Positions 1 through 9,718 of a DNA stretch of 64,000 bases are shown here, one piece after another. The notes under the pieces are model-generated. The model was not told where the DNA came from. It did no database searches and worked only from the letters and a program-made list of their open reading frames with translations. Where the stretch lies: NCBI GenBank assembly GCA_965208105.1, contig OZ242318.1:3200001-3264000 (forward strand). The letters run 5' to 3'. The position numbers and the translations under genes are program-made. This DNA comes from Candidatus Latescibacterota bacterium. GTDB taxonomy: Bacteria > Latescibacterota > UBA2968 > UBA8231. Within the stretch, counting starts at the first letter, position 1. Each line of letters starts with the position of its first letter.

Positions 1-229
1 GATCCTTGCCCGCGGCTGCGTCGGAGAATCCGCGCAGTACCAGCTCGATTTCCTTCTCGGTCAACTGTCCCTTGAGCGATCCGATATTTTCGCCGACGGC
101 AAGGCCGAGAGCGTAGAGGGTTTTTTCCTTTTCCGCGTCCTGGTCTGCCGTACTCTCGCCGTGTCCGGCCCCAGCCAGCCCAAGGACGATCCACCCTATG
201 AGCAGCGGCCATGCGGTTGTGGTTTTCAT
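1..229 (-). CDS. FKBP-type peptidyl-prolyl isomerase (FkpA/Mip-like), 5' part only; runs off the window start
   Basis: Manual translation MKTTTAWPLLIGWIVLGLAGAGHG...EKEKTLYALGLAVGENIGSLKGQLTEKEIELVLRGFSDAAAGKD: signal peptide plus FKBP N-terminal domain-like YALG motif; GGAGGA RBS upstream. Confidence 0.7.
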   Translation of the reverse strand, partial: MKTTTAWPLLIGWIVLGLAGAGHGESTADQDAEKEKTLYALGLAVGENIGSLKGQLTEKEIELVLRGFSDAAAGKD

Positions 230-347
230 CCAGGTCCTCCTTGTATGTTCGCTAGTATTCCAGGTAATTTCTCAAGGATCCGGGTCGGAATTGATCGGAA
301 TTGAAAGGTATCTACAAGTCGATTCGCCAGCAAGGCGGCCGGGTCCC

Positions 348-1328
348 CTAGTGGTTTTGCCGGTAATGGCGCCGCAGCAGGTCCTCGCCGAAATCGTTTC
401 TTAGATCGCGCCAGACGGCGTGAATGTGGTTGGCGTCGTTCTGGGTGTTGTCGTATTCTGCCAGGAAGGTCGGGCCCTGGATGCGGTAGTAGTGAGCACC
501 TCCTCGCTCTTCTGTTCCCGCCCAGGCGAAACAGCTCTCGCCAAGGTCGGTGCTCTCCAGTTTTCCCATCTCCACGGCGGCCACTTCCTCCGGCAACCGT
601 CCGATATAGACCTCCACCAGGGCCTTGAGCAGCTGGCGCTGAGCGGTGCTCATATGCGCTCCCGGGAGTCCCTTGTCTTCAAACTCGTCGCGCACGTGCG
701 GAAGGTTGCGGGTGATGACATCGGCAGGTGCATCGGCGCTGATGACGGCTACTCTCTTCTGCTCACCGTCGAGGGCATGCAGCAGTTCCCGTCCCAGGTC
801 CTCCTCCTCCTTGAGCGCCCGCATCCCTTCCTTCTCTCCGTGGAGGACCCGGGCGGGATTTGCTCCGAAGAAAATGGGCATGGGTCCTATCATGCGGCCC
901 TCCACCAGGGTGAAGTTCAGGGATATGTGGTGGCCCTCGAATCGCCAACCCCACAACTCGGCGCCGGGAGTGCCGAAAATGCTGAGGTAGTAGAGTTCCG
1001 GGTCGCGGGCGAAGCGGCGGTCCGGTCCTTCCATCTCCCCCAGGATTTCTTCCAGGGCAATAATGGATTCGACTTTGGCGCGGGCGGCCGGGCTCAATCC
1101 GGAGGCTACCAGGGCAAAGGCGTGTTCTCGATTACCCCGGTCCATGTCCCTGAGGGCAAGGCCGGCGCGCGGCCGGGGTATGTAGTGCCAGTTTTCCCGC
1201 TCCGCCGTATCCCCGAAGTCGAGTTGGGACCTGGCTCTCTGAGCGCTGTCGAGAGAGGCCAGGAATCCGGCTGCGGCCGCAGTCATGCGCTTTGCCGTCT
1301 CCTCCAGGTAGATTTCATTCAAGTCCAT
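348..1328 (-). CDS. DUF3500 domain protein
   Basis: Motifs WHYIPR, WGWRFEGHHISLN, YYRIQGPTFLAEYDNTQNDANHIHAVWRD, DFGEDLL. Confidence 0.85.
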   Translation of the reverse strand: MDLNEIYLEETAKRMTAAAAGFLASLDSAQRARSQLDFGDTAERENWHYIPRPRAGLALRDMDRGNREHAFALVASGLSPAARAKVESIIALEEILGEMEGPDRRFARDPELYYLSIFGTPGAELWGWRFEGHHISLNFTLVEGRMIGPMPIFFGANPARVLHGEKEGMRALKEEEDLGRELLHALDGEQKRVAVISADAPADVITRNLPHVRDEFEDKGLPGAHMSTAQRQLLKALVEVYIGRLPEEVAAVEMGKLESTDLGESCFAWAGTEERGGAHYYRIQGPTFLAEYDNTQNDANHIHAVWRDLRNDFGEDLLRRHYRQNH

Positions 1329-1331
1329 GCT

Positions 1332-2105
1332 TCACCTTTGCGGACTGCGGCCGCTCAAGTCGTCGTGCAGGTCGATGGTCGTGAACTCCCGGTCTTCCTG
1401 CGCCACGGCGAGGCGCAGGAACTCCAGATTTTCCTCGGCGGGGTTGTAGATGCCGTGGCCGGTTCCGATGCCCTGCCAGGTCACCGAGTTCGGCCCCACG
1501 GCGAAGGTTTCATCGTCGATGGTCATGAATCCCCTGCCCTTCATCACGAGAAAGCATTCTTCGAGTGCGTCGTGGTAGTGGTAGCCTACCGAACTCCGCG
1601 ATTCCAGGACGGCGTGGTCCACGAAAGCCCAGCTGCTGTGGAAATCTTCCGGGCCCCAGAGGTGCCTGGTCGCGATGCGGCCAGCCCCCTGGTGGATGGC
1701 ATCGCTCCACCGGAGGCTCTCCAGGTCCACGGGTTCAACACGGAACGGGAGGTGGGCATCGACGCATTCACCGGTGCCCACACTCATGTGAACCAGGCGG
1801 GCAGATTCCCCGCCGCGGTTGTTGATGGCGTGCTCTCCGCCGATTTTCGCCAACAGTACGGCCGGACCTTGTACTTCCCGGCCCATTCCACCGCAGACCC
1901 ACTCCACCACTCCTTCCACTACTATATAGCCGTGCTCGCACAACTCGTCAGCAGCTATCCTGGCTTCCTTCCCCGGAGCCAGGTCCAGGCGGTTGAGCAA
2001 GCGCCAGGATGTCTGGAATCGTCTCCCGGGAAAAATCTCTACTTCTCCGGAAGTTATTCCTTTCCCCGGATCGTCGAGTTGCATATGACCGTTTCCTGAT
2101 CGCAT
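1332..2105 (-). CDS. Two-domain cupin protein
   Basis: C-terminal cupin motifs GYHYHDALEE...GTGHGIYN; N-terminal degenerate cupin (EHGYIVVEG...GEHAIN). Confidence 0.75.
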   Translation of the reverse strand: MRSGNGHMQLDDPGKGITSGEVEIFPGRRFQTSWRLLNRLDLAPGKEARIAADELCEHGYIVVEGVVEWVCGGMGREVQGPAVLLAKIGGEHAINNRGGESARLVHMSVGTGECVDAHLPFRVEPVDLESLRWSDAIHQGAGRIATRHLWGPEDFHSSWAFVDHAVLESRSSVGYHYHDALEECFLVMKGRGFMTIDDETFAVGPNSVTWQGIGTGHGIYNPAEENLEFLRLAVAQEDREFTTIDLHDDLSGRSPQR

Positions 2106-2214
2106 TGCCAGATACCCTTATGCGGAGATCGAAGGGGTGTGAAAATCAGGCGGCGGGGGATGCGGCGACTCGCGCCGGGTCACCGATGAATACCCTGGAC
2201 CGGCAGAATGGCAC

Positions 2215-3270
2215 CTATGCCTCCACCTGCAATCGCTTCCACTTCTGCTGGAACCCAGGCCGCTCGAAGACCTCCTCGTTCACCACCCCCGGGGGCACTC
2301 GTCCCAAAGCCAGATCGACGACGCTGCCGCAAGCCATCCTGCCTATGTCGCGGAACAGTTCTTCCGTCCATCCGATGGAGTGAGGCGCCAGGACCACGTT
2401 GTCCAGAGCGCCGAAGCGGTGCGGCTCCACGATCGGTTCTCCCACGAAACAGTCGATTCCGGCTCCGGCAATCCGCCCCTGGTTCAAAAGCTCGAAGAGC
2501 GCGTCCTCGTCGACAATGCCTCCACGGGCGGTGTTTATCAGGTAGGCTTCGGGTTTCATCAGGTTCAGCTCTCTCTCCCCCACCAGTCCGAGAGTCTCGT
2601 CGGTCAGGGGACAGTGAATCGAGACGAAATCCGCCCGCTTCATCAACTCGTCGATGCCGACCAGGTCGACGCCCAGTTTCTCTGCCGCGGCGGCGTCGAC
2701 GTGCGGATCGAAGGCGATCGGTCTGTTCATACCGAAGGTGCTCAGCAGGCGGATGGTCTCGCGCGCAATCCCGCCGAATCCCACGGCCCCGAAGGTGCGG
2801 CCGCGCAGCTCGACCCCATGGTAGATGGTGCGGTCGTCCCAGGCCCCCGTGCGAACCAGCCGGTCTTTGGGGATAATTCGGTGGGTCAAGGCGATCATGA
2901 GGCCGATGGTAGCCTCCCCCATGGACCTGTTGACTCCGCCCGCGGCTATGAGGACCGCGACGTCGGCCTCGGTGCAAGCCGGCACGTCCACCGCGTCATA
3001 GCCCACCCCGACGCGGCTGAATACCAGCAGGTCCTCGGAAGCGGCAACTGTCTCGGTGCTCACCCTTTCGCCTCCCAGGATCACTCCCTGGATTCCGGCG
3101 AGCTGGTCGGAACCTAGTTCCGGGCGGTTTTCTCCGAGGACGCAGGATTCGACGCGGGGACAGTCGGCGAAGACTTCCAATCCCAGGTCCTTGAACTTCA
3201 GGTTGCCGTCGCTGTCGAAGAAATCGGCGGTCAGGGCCACGCGGAATAGGTTCCGTTGCTGGTTTGACAT
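2215..3270 (-). CDS. D-isomer-specific 2-hydroxyacid dehydrogenase (SerA-like family)
   Basis: GVGYDAVD, GFGGIA Rossmann motif, INTARGG, DCFVGEP, LAPHSIG; start taken at ATG 3270. Confidence 0.9.
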   Translation of the reverse strand: MSNQQRNLFRVALTADFFDSDGNLKFKDLGLEVFADCPRVESCVLGENRPELGSDQLAGIQGVILGGERVSTETVAASEDLLVFSRVGVGYDAVDVPACTEADVAVLIAAGGVNRSMGEATIGLMIALTHRIIPKDRLVRTGAWDDRTIYHGVELRGRTFGAVGFGGIARETIRLLSTFGMNRPIAFDPHVDAAAAEKLGVDLVGIDELMKRADFVSIHCPLTDETLGLVGERELNLMKPEAYLINTARGGIVDEDALFELLNQGRIAGAGIDCFVGEPIVEPHRFGALDNVVLAPHSIGWTEELFRDIGRMACGSVVDLALGRVPPGVVNEEVFERPGFQQKWKRLQVEA

Positions 3271-3281
3271 GGCAGCCTCTG

Positions 3282-4940
3282 TCATTTCCAGGGATTGCCT
3301 TCGACCGTGGCGCACGCCTCGTCGACCACCAGGCGCTCGGGTACCGGGCCGGCGTAGACCCAGACCATGGCCATGGGCTCGTGGGTCTCGTTGATGAAAT
3401 AGTGAACGCGGCCGCGCGGCTGCAGTGCCGTGGCGTTGTCACCCAGGGTGTAACGGCGGCCCTCCACGATGCAGGTGGCCGTGCCCTCGACGATGGAGAT
3501 CGACTCGTCGAAGTCGTGGATGTGGGCCGGCAGACGCCCCTGGTGCTGGAAGAGGCCGTAGCCTCCACTCATTTCGATCCCTGGCATCAGATCGCTGTTG
3601 AAGAAATCGATGAAGGATGTGTTGGGCCCGGCCTCGTAGCGCGGCGCGCTGCGGTGCCGCGTGACCCGCTCCCGTCCTGCCTGGCCGCCGGCGTCGGCCG
3701 CCATCCTGCGGCGCGGGAAGAAGGATTCCACCGTGGTGCGAGCCGGCTGGGTTGCAGGCACGGCCACGTGAAAGACGGCGGGCTCGCGCGCGCCTGGATT
3801 CATGGCGGAGTGCGGCAGGTTCGGGGGAATGGTCACGTTGTCGAACGGCTCGAGGGAGTACATCCGTCCTTCCACTTCCACGATGGCTTCGCCGCTCAGG
3901 AGAGTGACGGACTCGGTATAGGGGTGGGTGTGGTATGGCAGACGGACTCCGGGAGCAAAGGAGGAAAGGCCGGTGGTCAGGTTGCGCGCCTGGTTGTGGG
4001 ACCCCACCAGGGCTTCGAAGGTCAGGCCGGGGGCGATCTCGATCACCTCCCCCTCCCCTGCGGCGTTCATCACCTCGGGCCGGTCGGGGCGCATGGCCTC
4101 GGGTGGACGCTCCAATGGGCGGACGGCGTCGAGGGGAGTACTCTCGAGGGTGAAGCCCGGCGCTATCCTGCGGTCGCGGCCGATATGCGTCATGGCGCCG
4201 CGCAGACTGCGCAGCATCAGCCCGCCGTCGATGCCGATTGCCAGCATTCGGAAGCCCTGTTCGAGCCGCTCGTCGAGGTTGTCGTTGTCCGTGGCCACTA
4301 CGCCACAGTGCTTGCCTGCTTTGCGGATGGCTTCCTTGGTCTCGAGGATCATCTCGGCTACGCCGGGCCCTTCCCACTGGCCCGGAGACCCTGCGGTGGA
4401 AGAGTAGTCGGCCGGGCCGAAGAAGAAGATCTCCACTCCGTCCACCTCGAGCAGTTGGTGAATGTTGCGGCCCCCCTTCACCGACTCTATGATGGGCACC
4501 ACGAGCACGTTCTCCTCGGCTTCCTCGACGTGCTCCGCAAAGCACTGACCCCAGCAAGTGGCGCGCTCGGCGCCGATGCCGCGCAGCCCCTGGGGCGGAT
4601 AGTGGGCGAAGGAGACGGCCTCGCGCAACTGCTCGACCTCCTCCATCCAGGGCACCACCACCCCGTCCGCCCCGATGTCCAGGGCGCGTTTGACCAGCCC
4701 TATGCTGAGTTCGGCGATGCGAACCAGAACCACCGTGTCGCTGCGCACGGTGGCGCGGATGTGCTCGAGGATGTCGCGCCAGTCGAGGTGGCCGTGCTCG
4801 GCGTCGACCACGATCCAGTCAAGGCCCAGGGCCACCCCCATCTCGGAAATGCTGCCCGACTCGAGGGTGACCCAGAGCCCGTAGACCGGTTCGTCGCGGG
4901 CAAGTTTCTGGCGCATTTTGCCAATGGCGGGGCTTTTCAT
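3282..4940 (-). CDS. HpcH/HpaI class II pyruvate aldolase fused to two C-terminal cupin domains
   Basis: DAEHG, VRI, YPPQGLRGIG, IES, GPADYS aldolase motifs; cupins LPYHTHPYTE...PNLPHS and LPAHIHDFDE...GRVHYF. Confidence 0.85.
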   Translation of the reverse strand: MKSPAIGKMRQKLARDEPVYGLWVTLESGSISEMGVALGLDWIVVDAEHGHLDWRDILEHIRATVRSDTVVLVRIAELSIGLVKRALDIGADGVVVPWMEEVEQLREAVSFAHYPPQGLRGIGAERATCWGQCFAEHVEEAEENVLVVPIIESVKGGRNIHQLLEVDGVEIFFFGPADYSSTAGSPGQWEGPGVAEMILETKEAIRKAGKHCGVVATDNDNLDERLEQGFRMLAIGIDGGLMLRSLRGAMTHIGRDRRIAPGFTLESTPLDAVRPLERPPEAMRPDRPEVMNAAGEGEVIEIAPGLTFEALVGSHNQARNLTTGLSSFAPGVRLPYHTHPYTESVTLLSGEAIVEVEGRMYSLEPFDNVTIPPNLPHSAMNPGAREPAVFHVAVPATQPARTTVESFFPRRRMAADAGGQAGRERVTRHRSAPRYEAGPNTSFIDFFNSDLMPGIEMSGGYGLFQHQGRLPAHIHDFDESISIVEGTATCIVEGRRYTLGDNATALQPRGRVHYFINETHEPMAMVWVYAGPVPERLVVDEACATVEGNPWK

Positions 4941-5141
4941 TTCACCTCGAACAGGTTGCGGAGGTATCGGCGGACAGAAAAAAGTAGGGCAAACCAGGTC
5001 TTGTGTCCATTTCTCCCGGGGACAATGAAGCTGCGTTGGAGAAGCTGTTGAGCAGCCTTGGGTTCTCGAGCCAGGAGGGTTTGGGACAGCCGGGGGACCG
5101 GGGGATCTGGATGGCGACCGGGACGGTCGACTCGAAAGACC

Positions 5142-6050
5142 TCATCCCTCCGGGGCCCAGTCCCGGGGCTGCAAAAACACCTCGTAAAGCCGCGCCTCCT
5201 CCGATCCCGGCTCGGGGTGCCAGTCGTACTTCCAGCGCACCAGGGGCGGCAGGGACACCAGGAAGGACTCCGTGCGTCCACCGGACTGCAGCCCGAACAA
5301 GGTGCCGCGGTCGTAGACCAGGTTGAACTCCACGTAGCGCCCGCGCCGGTAGAGCTGGAAGTTGCGCTGGCGTTCGCCGTAGGGAGTGTTCTTGCGCCGC
5401 GAAAGGATGGGAAGGTAGGCCGGCAGGAAGTGATCTCCCACGCTGCGCGCGAGGCCGAAGCTGTGGTCGAACCCTCCTTCGTCGAAATCGTCGAAGAAAA
5501 GCCCCCCGATGCCGCGCGGCTCGTTGCGGTGCCTGATGAAGAAGTAGTCGTCGCACCACTTCTTGAAGCGCTGGTACAGATGCGGGCCGAAAGGATCGCA
5601 TGCCGCCCTGGCCGTTTTGTGCCAGTGCACCGCGTCTTCCTCGAATCCGTAGAATGGAGTCAGGTCGATCCCCCCGCCGAACCACCAGACCGGCTCGGCA
5701 TCCTTCCCCGCGGCCGCGAAGAAGCGCAGGTTGGCGTGAGCGGAGGGCACATGGGGATTGCGCGGATGCACGATCAAGGACATGCCCATGGCCTCGAAAC
5801 CGCGGCCGGTCAGCTCCGGCCTGCGCGCGGTCGCCGCGGCCGGCAGCTGTTTCCCCTTCACCCGGGAGAAATTGACCCCTGCCTTTTCGATGGCGCCCCC
5901 ATCCTCGATGACTCGCGACAGCCCGCCTCCTCCCTGCGCCCTCTCCCAGGAATCTTCGATGAAGCGCTTCTCCCCGTCTTCCCCTTCCAGCGCCGCGCAA
6001 ATCCGCGCCTGGAGACCGCGCAGGTACTTTTCAACAGCATCCGGATCCAC
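5142..6050 (-). CDS. hemF: Oxygen-dependent coproporphyrinogen III oxidase
   Basis: [63 protein letters not shown]. Confidence 0.96.
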   Translation of the reverse strand: MDPDAVEKYLRGLQARICAALEGEDGEKRFIEDSWERAQGGGGLSRVIEDGGAIEKAGVNFSRVKGKQLPAAATARRPELTGRGFEAMGMSLIVHPRNPHVPSAHANLRFFAAAGKDAEPVWWFGGGIDLTPFYGFEEDAVHWHKTARAACDPFGPHLYQRFKKWCDDYFFIRHRNEPRGIGGLFFDDFDEGGFDHSFGLARSVGDHFLPAYLPILSRRKNTPYGERQRNFQLYRRGRYVEFNLVYDRGTLFGLQSGGRTESFLVSLPPLVRWKYDWHPEPGSEEARLYEVFLQPRDWAPEG

Positions 6051-6219
6051 AGAATAAATGGGGCCTCCGAAACCCCGGCCGCTCGCGGGACCTGCCGCCA
6101 GGTGAAGCGCCCGCGCGCCTTGACGCAGACCGCCTGATCGAACACATTACCCGTTCGCCAAAAAAGCAGGCCTTCCAACCGCCTGTCAAGCACATGTGCG
6201 CACCAACCAGGAGAAGCAA

Positions 6220-7197
6220 ATGTCTCTAACCATGCGCGTAGGCCTGGGCCAGTTCAAACAGTTGACCGACGAAAAACTCGCCTTCATCAAGCAGATGGGG
6301 GCCGATGATTTCCTCATGAACACTCCGGAGCTTCCAGGAGACAGGCAGTGGGAATACGAAGACCTGGTCGCCCTCAGGGAACGGGCGGACGCCGCCGAGT
6401 TGCGCCTCATGGCCCTCGAGAACGTTCCCATTTCCTTCTATGACAAAGTCATGCTCGGTCTGCCCGGCCGCGACGAGCAGATCGAGCACATGCGCACCAC
6501 CATCCGCAACATGGGCAGGGCGGGGATTCCCATCTTCGGCTACCACTGGGTGCCCAACTTCGTATGGCGCACGCCCGAAATGGCTACCCTCAGGGGAGGG
6601 GCGCAGTCCACCCGTTTCAACCTGGAAGAGCACACATCGGCTCAACTTACCCACGGCCGCGTCTTCACCGACGAGGAAATGTGGGCGAACTACGAATACT
6701 TCCTCGAGCGCATCCTTCCCGTGGCCGAAGAAGCCCGGGTCAGACTCGCCCTGCATCCGGACGATCCGCCGGTTGAGTCCCTGGGCGGCGTCGCCCGCAT
6801 CTTCCGCAACTTTTCGGCCTTCAAGCGCGCCATGGACACCTTCGACAGCCCAATGCACGGCCTCGATTTCTGCATGGGCTGCTGGTCCGAGATGGGAGGG
6901 CACGACAACGTCATAAAGGGGATCCGCCACTTCGGCGGCCAGGGCAAAATCGTCTACGTCCACTTCCGCGATGTCGAGGGCCGGGCTTCCTGCTTCCACG
7001 AGTGCTTCATCGACGCCGGCCAGGTCGACACCTTCGAGGTCGTCAGAACCCTGAAGGAGGTCGGTTTCGACGGCTTCATGATTCCCGACCACGTGCCGGA
7101 GGTGGTGGACGATACCTCCTGGGGCCACCGCGGCCGCGCCCACGCCGTCGGCTATATGCAGGCCCTCATCCAGGTCGTCGGCAAGTTGGATTCCTGA
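6220..7197 (+). CDS. uxuA: Mannonate dehydratase family protein
   Basis: LALHPDDPP, YVHFRDV, MIPDHVP, GRAHAVGYM motifs. Confidence 0.85.
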   Translation: MSLTMRVGLGQFKQLTDEKLAFIKQMGADDFLMNTPELPGDRQWEYEDLVALRERADAAELRLMALENVPISFYDKVMLGLPGRDEQIEHMRTTIRNMGRAGIPIFGYHWVPNFVWRTPEMATLRGGAQSTRFNLEEHTSAQLTHGRVFTDEEMWANYEYFLERILPVAEEARVRLALHPDDPPVESLGGVARIFRNFSAFKRAMDTFDSPMHGLDFCMGCWSEMGGHDNVIKGIRHFGGQGKIVYVHFRDVEGRASCFHECFIDAGQVDTFEVVRTLKEVGFDGFMIPDHVPEVVDDTSWGHRGRAHAVGYMQALIQVVGKLDS

Positions 7198-7208
7198 AAA
7201 TTCCCGGG

Positions 7209-7237
7209 TTGACAGGATGTGGAATTGAATTTAGCTT
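7209..7237 (+). promoter_or_regulatory. Sigma70-type promoter of the trp leader/operon
   Basis: TTGACA (7209-7214), 17-bp spacer, TAGCTT (7232-7237). Confidence 0.6.
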
Positions 7238-7273
7238 CTATCCCGTTTGAAATTTCGGGGAATGGGAATTTTG

Positions 7274-7360
7274 ATGAACTGCAGTCTACTCACTGTTTTC
7301 GATCGGCGCTGGTGGCGCTGCTGGTATCCCTGCGCTGGAGAAAGAGGTGCGTCCACCTGA
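7274..7360 (+). CDS. trpL: Trp operon leader peptide MNCSLLTVFDRRWWRCWYPCAGERGAST
   Basis: 28-aa ORF with TGG TGG CGC TGC TGG at 7310-7324, between the promoter and a terminator upstream of trpE(G); alternative in-frame ATG at 7262. Confidence 0.75.
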   Translation: MNCSLLTVFDRRWWRCWYPCAGERGAST

Positions 7361-7390
7361 TTGACTGAAGACCGAAATCTGATCTGAACC

Positions 7391-7428
7391 AATACCGCGG
7401 GCGCAACCAATGCGCTCGCGGTATTTTT
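7391..7428 (+). terminator. Attenuator (intrinsic terminator) hairpin
   Basis: AATACCGCGGGCGCA-ACCAA-TGCGCTCGCGGTATT (15-bp stem with one G-U) running into a T tract, 17 nt before the trpE(G) ATG. Confidence 0.8.
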
Positions 7429-7445
7429 GTGAATGGAGAGCGAAG

Positions 7446-9605
7446 ATGAGTGCAACACCGGTTACCGGTTCAACGACCGAAACTTTCCGGAGCAGGGGCG
7501 GGGTCGATATCCGCCGCACGATAGAAGGGGTGCCGATGGAGGGAGCTCTGGAAGGCGTGCTGGAGAAAATCGATACGCATCGCGGGGCGGTCTTTGCAAG
7601 TGGGTACGAGTATCCCGGACGCTACAGCCGCTGGGACGTTGCCTTCGTCGATCCTCCCCTGGAGATTGCCGCACGCCAGCGCTCCTTTGCGCTTCGCGCA
7701 TTGAACGAGCGCGGCGAGCGGCTCCTGCAGATTTTTGCCGGAGCTCTGAAAGGCCACGATCACCTGGCCGAGCTCGACGCGGCCAAAGACGAAATCCGCG
7801 GCCAGGTGAAACCCATGCTGGAGTACTTCGCCGAGGAGGAGCGCAGCAAGCAGCCGACGATCTTCAGCGTTCTGCGCGCCCTGGTCCGCCTGATGTACGC
7901 CGAGGCGGACAACAACCTGGGATTCTACGGAGCCATGGGCTATGACCTGGTTTTTCAGTTCGAACCCATTGAACTGCGCCACTCGCGCCCGGCTGAACAC
8001 CTGGATCTGCACCTCTTCGTGCCCGACGAACTGATCGTCGTCGATCACCGCAAGGAGAGGGCCAGGCGAATTCGCTACGATTTCACTTCGGGAGACCACT
8101 CTACCCGTGGCCTGGAGCGCGGCGGTGACGTGCTGCCGTTGCTGCGGGGCGCGACGACGGAGGTGAACAGCGACCACGGTGCGGGCGAGTACGCCGGCAA
8201 GGTGGGCGAAATCATCGCGGGCACGGAACGGGGCGACTTCTTCGAGGTGGTGCTGGGCCAGGTGCTGTGCGCGGGCTATTCAGGAACCCCTCGCGACCTG
8301 TTCGAGAGTATTCGCAGGAGGAATCCGAGTCCCTACGAGTTTTTGATAAACCTCGGCGGGGAGCAACTGGTGGGCGCCTCCCCCGAGATGTTCGTGCGGA
8401 TGGAGGACCGCCTGGTGGAGACCTGCCCCATTGCCGGGACGATCCAGCGCGGGGAAACTCCCATGGAAGACGCCGATCGGATTCTGGAGCTGCTGAACTC
8501 CGAAAAGGACAATGCCGAGCTCACCATGTGCACGGACGTGGACCGCAACGACAAGTCGAGAGTCTGCAAGCCCGGTACGGTTCAGGTGCTCGGGCGACGG
8601 CTCGTGGAGATATACTCGAAGCTGATCCACACGGTGGACTACGTCGCCGGAGAGCTGCGCGACGACTGCGATGGTTTCGACGCTCTGCTCTCGCACATGT
8701 GGGCGTGCACCGTGACCGGCGCCCCCAAGCCGGCCGCTATGCAGAAGATCGAGGACCTTGAGAACTCGGCTCGTCGCTGGTACGGCGGCTGCGTTGGAAT
8801 GGTGTTGTTCAGCGGCGAAGTAAATACGGGCATTACCATACGAACGGTGCACCTGGAGAATGGCAAGGCCAGCGTTCGCGCCGGCGCCACCCTGCTATGC
8901 GACTCGGACCCGGTGGAAGAAGAGCTCGAGACGCGGACCAAGGCGGAAGCCTTCATCCAGGCCATTCTCGACCAGGCACCCCCATCGAAGGGTCCACATG
9001 GAGCGGTTGCCGACACCGGCAGGGGCAAGAGGGTTCTCTTTGTGGACAATCGCGATTCGTTCGTTCACACTCTGGCCAACTACGTGCGCCAGACCGGAGC
9101 CGAGGTGACGACGGTGCGCGCGGGTTTCCCCGACCAGGTCTTTGACCAGGTCCGCCCCGACCTGGTTTTCATTTCTCCAGGACCTGGCACGCCGGAGGAG
9201 TTCGGCGTGGGGGAGCTGGTGCACCGCTGTGTCGAGCGCAGGCTTCCAATCTTTGGAGTCTGCCTCGGCCTGCAGGGGATGGTCGAGGCCTTCGGCGGCA
9301 GATTGGGAGTATTGTCGTACCCCATGCATGGCAAAAGTTCGATGATAAAGTGCATTCCCCGAGGAATTCTCGAAGGGTTTCCGGAGGAATTTGTCGCCGG
9401 ACGCTATCACTCGCTCTTCGCCGAGCCCGAGGATCTGCCCGACTGCTTTACCGTGTCCGCCCGCAGCGAAGACGGCGTGATCATGGCCGTGCAGCACCGG
9501 GAGTATCCAGCCGCCGCCGTGCAGTTTCACCCCGAGTCGATTCTGACCTTGAAGGACGATCTGGGGCTGCGCCTCATCGCCCAGGTCATGGCCCAATTGA
9601 CCTAG
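7446..9605 (+). CDS. trpE: Anthranilate synthase, fused component I + II (TrpE(G))
   Basis: SGYEYPGRYSRWD N-terminus, NPSPY, PIAGT, ELTMCTDVDRND, GAPK, then GATase domain (DNRDSF, SPGPG, GVCLG, QFHPES). Confidence 0.93.
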   Translation: MSATPVTGSTTETFRSRGGVDIRRTIEGVPMEGALEGVLEKIDTHRGAVFASGYEYPGRYSRWDVAFVDPPLEIAARQRSFALRALNERGERLLQIFAGALKGHDHLAELDAAKDEIRGQVKPMLEYFAEEERSKQPTIFSVLRALVRLMYAEADNNLGFYGAMGYDLVFQFEPIELRHSRPAEHLDLHLFVPDELIVVDHRKERARRIRYDFTSGDHSTRGLERGGDVLPLLRGATTEVNSDHGAGEYAGKVGEIIAGTERGDFFEVVLGQVLCAGYSGTPRDLFESIRRRNPSPYEFLINLGGEQLVGASPEMFVRMEDRLVETCPIAGTIQRGETPMEDADRILELLNSEKDNAELTMCTDVDRNDKSRVCKPGTVQVLGRRLVEIYSKLIHTVDYVAGELRDDCDGFDALLSHMWACTVTGAPKPAAMQKIEDLENSARRWYGGCVGMVLFSGEVNTGITIRTVHLENGKASVRAGATLLCDSDPVEEELETRTKAEAFIQAILDQAPPSKGPHGAVADTGRGKRVLFVDNRDSFVHTLANYVRQTGAEVTTVRAGFPDQVFDQVRPDLVFISPGPGTPEEFGVGELVHRCVERRLPIFGVCLGLQGMVEAFGGRLGVLSYPMHGKSSMIKCIPRGILEGFPEEFVAGRYHSLFAEPEDLPDCFTVSARSEDGVIMAVQHREYPAAAVQFHPESILTLKDDLGLRLIAQVMAQLT

Positions 9606-9718
9606 ACCTTATGTATTGACGGAGATATGAAAGACCTCCTCCGACTCGGTTGTCGGGGGTTATCTTTGGGAAAACGGAGTTCACCCAAAGACCTATCCCC
9701 AGCGAGAAGGAGGAGGCC

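Noticed and set aside
420-5051. Long plus-strand ORFs (559 aa, 595 aa) and similar antisense ORFs across the window
   Set aside because: Typical high-GC antisense shadows of well-supported genes
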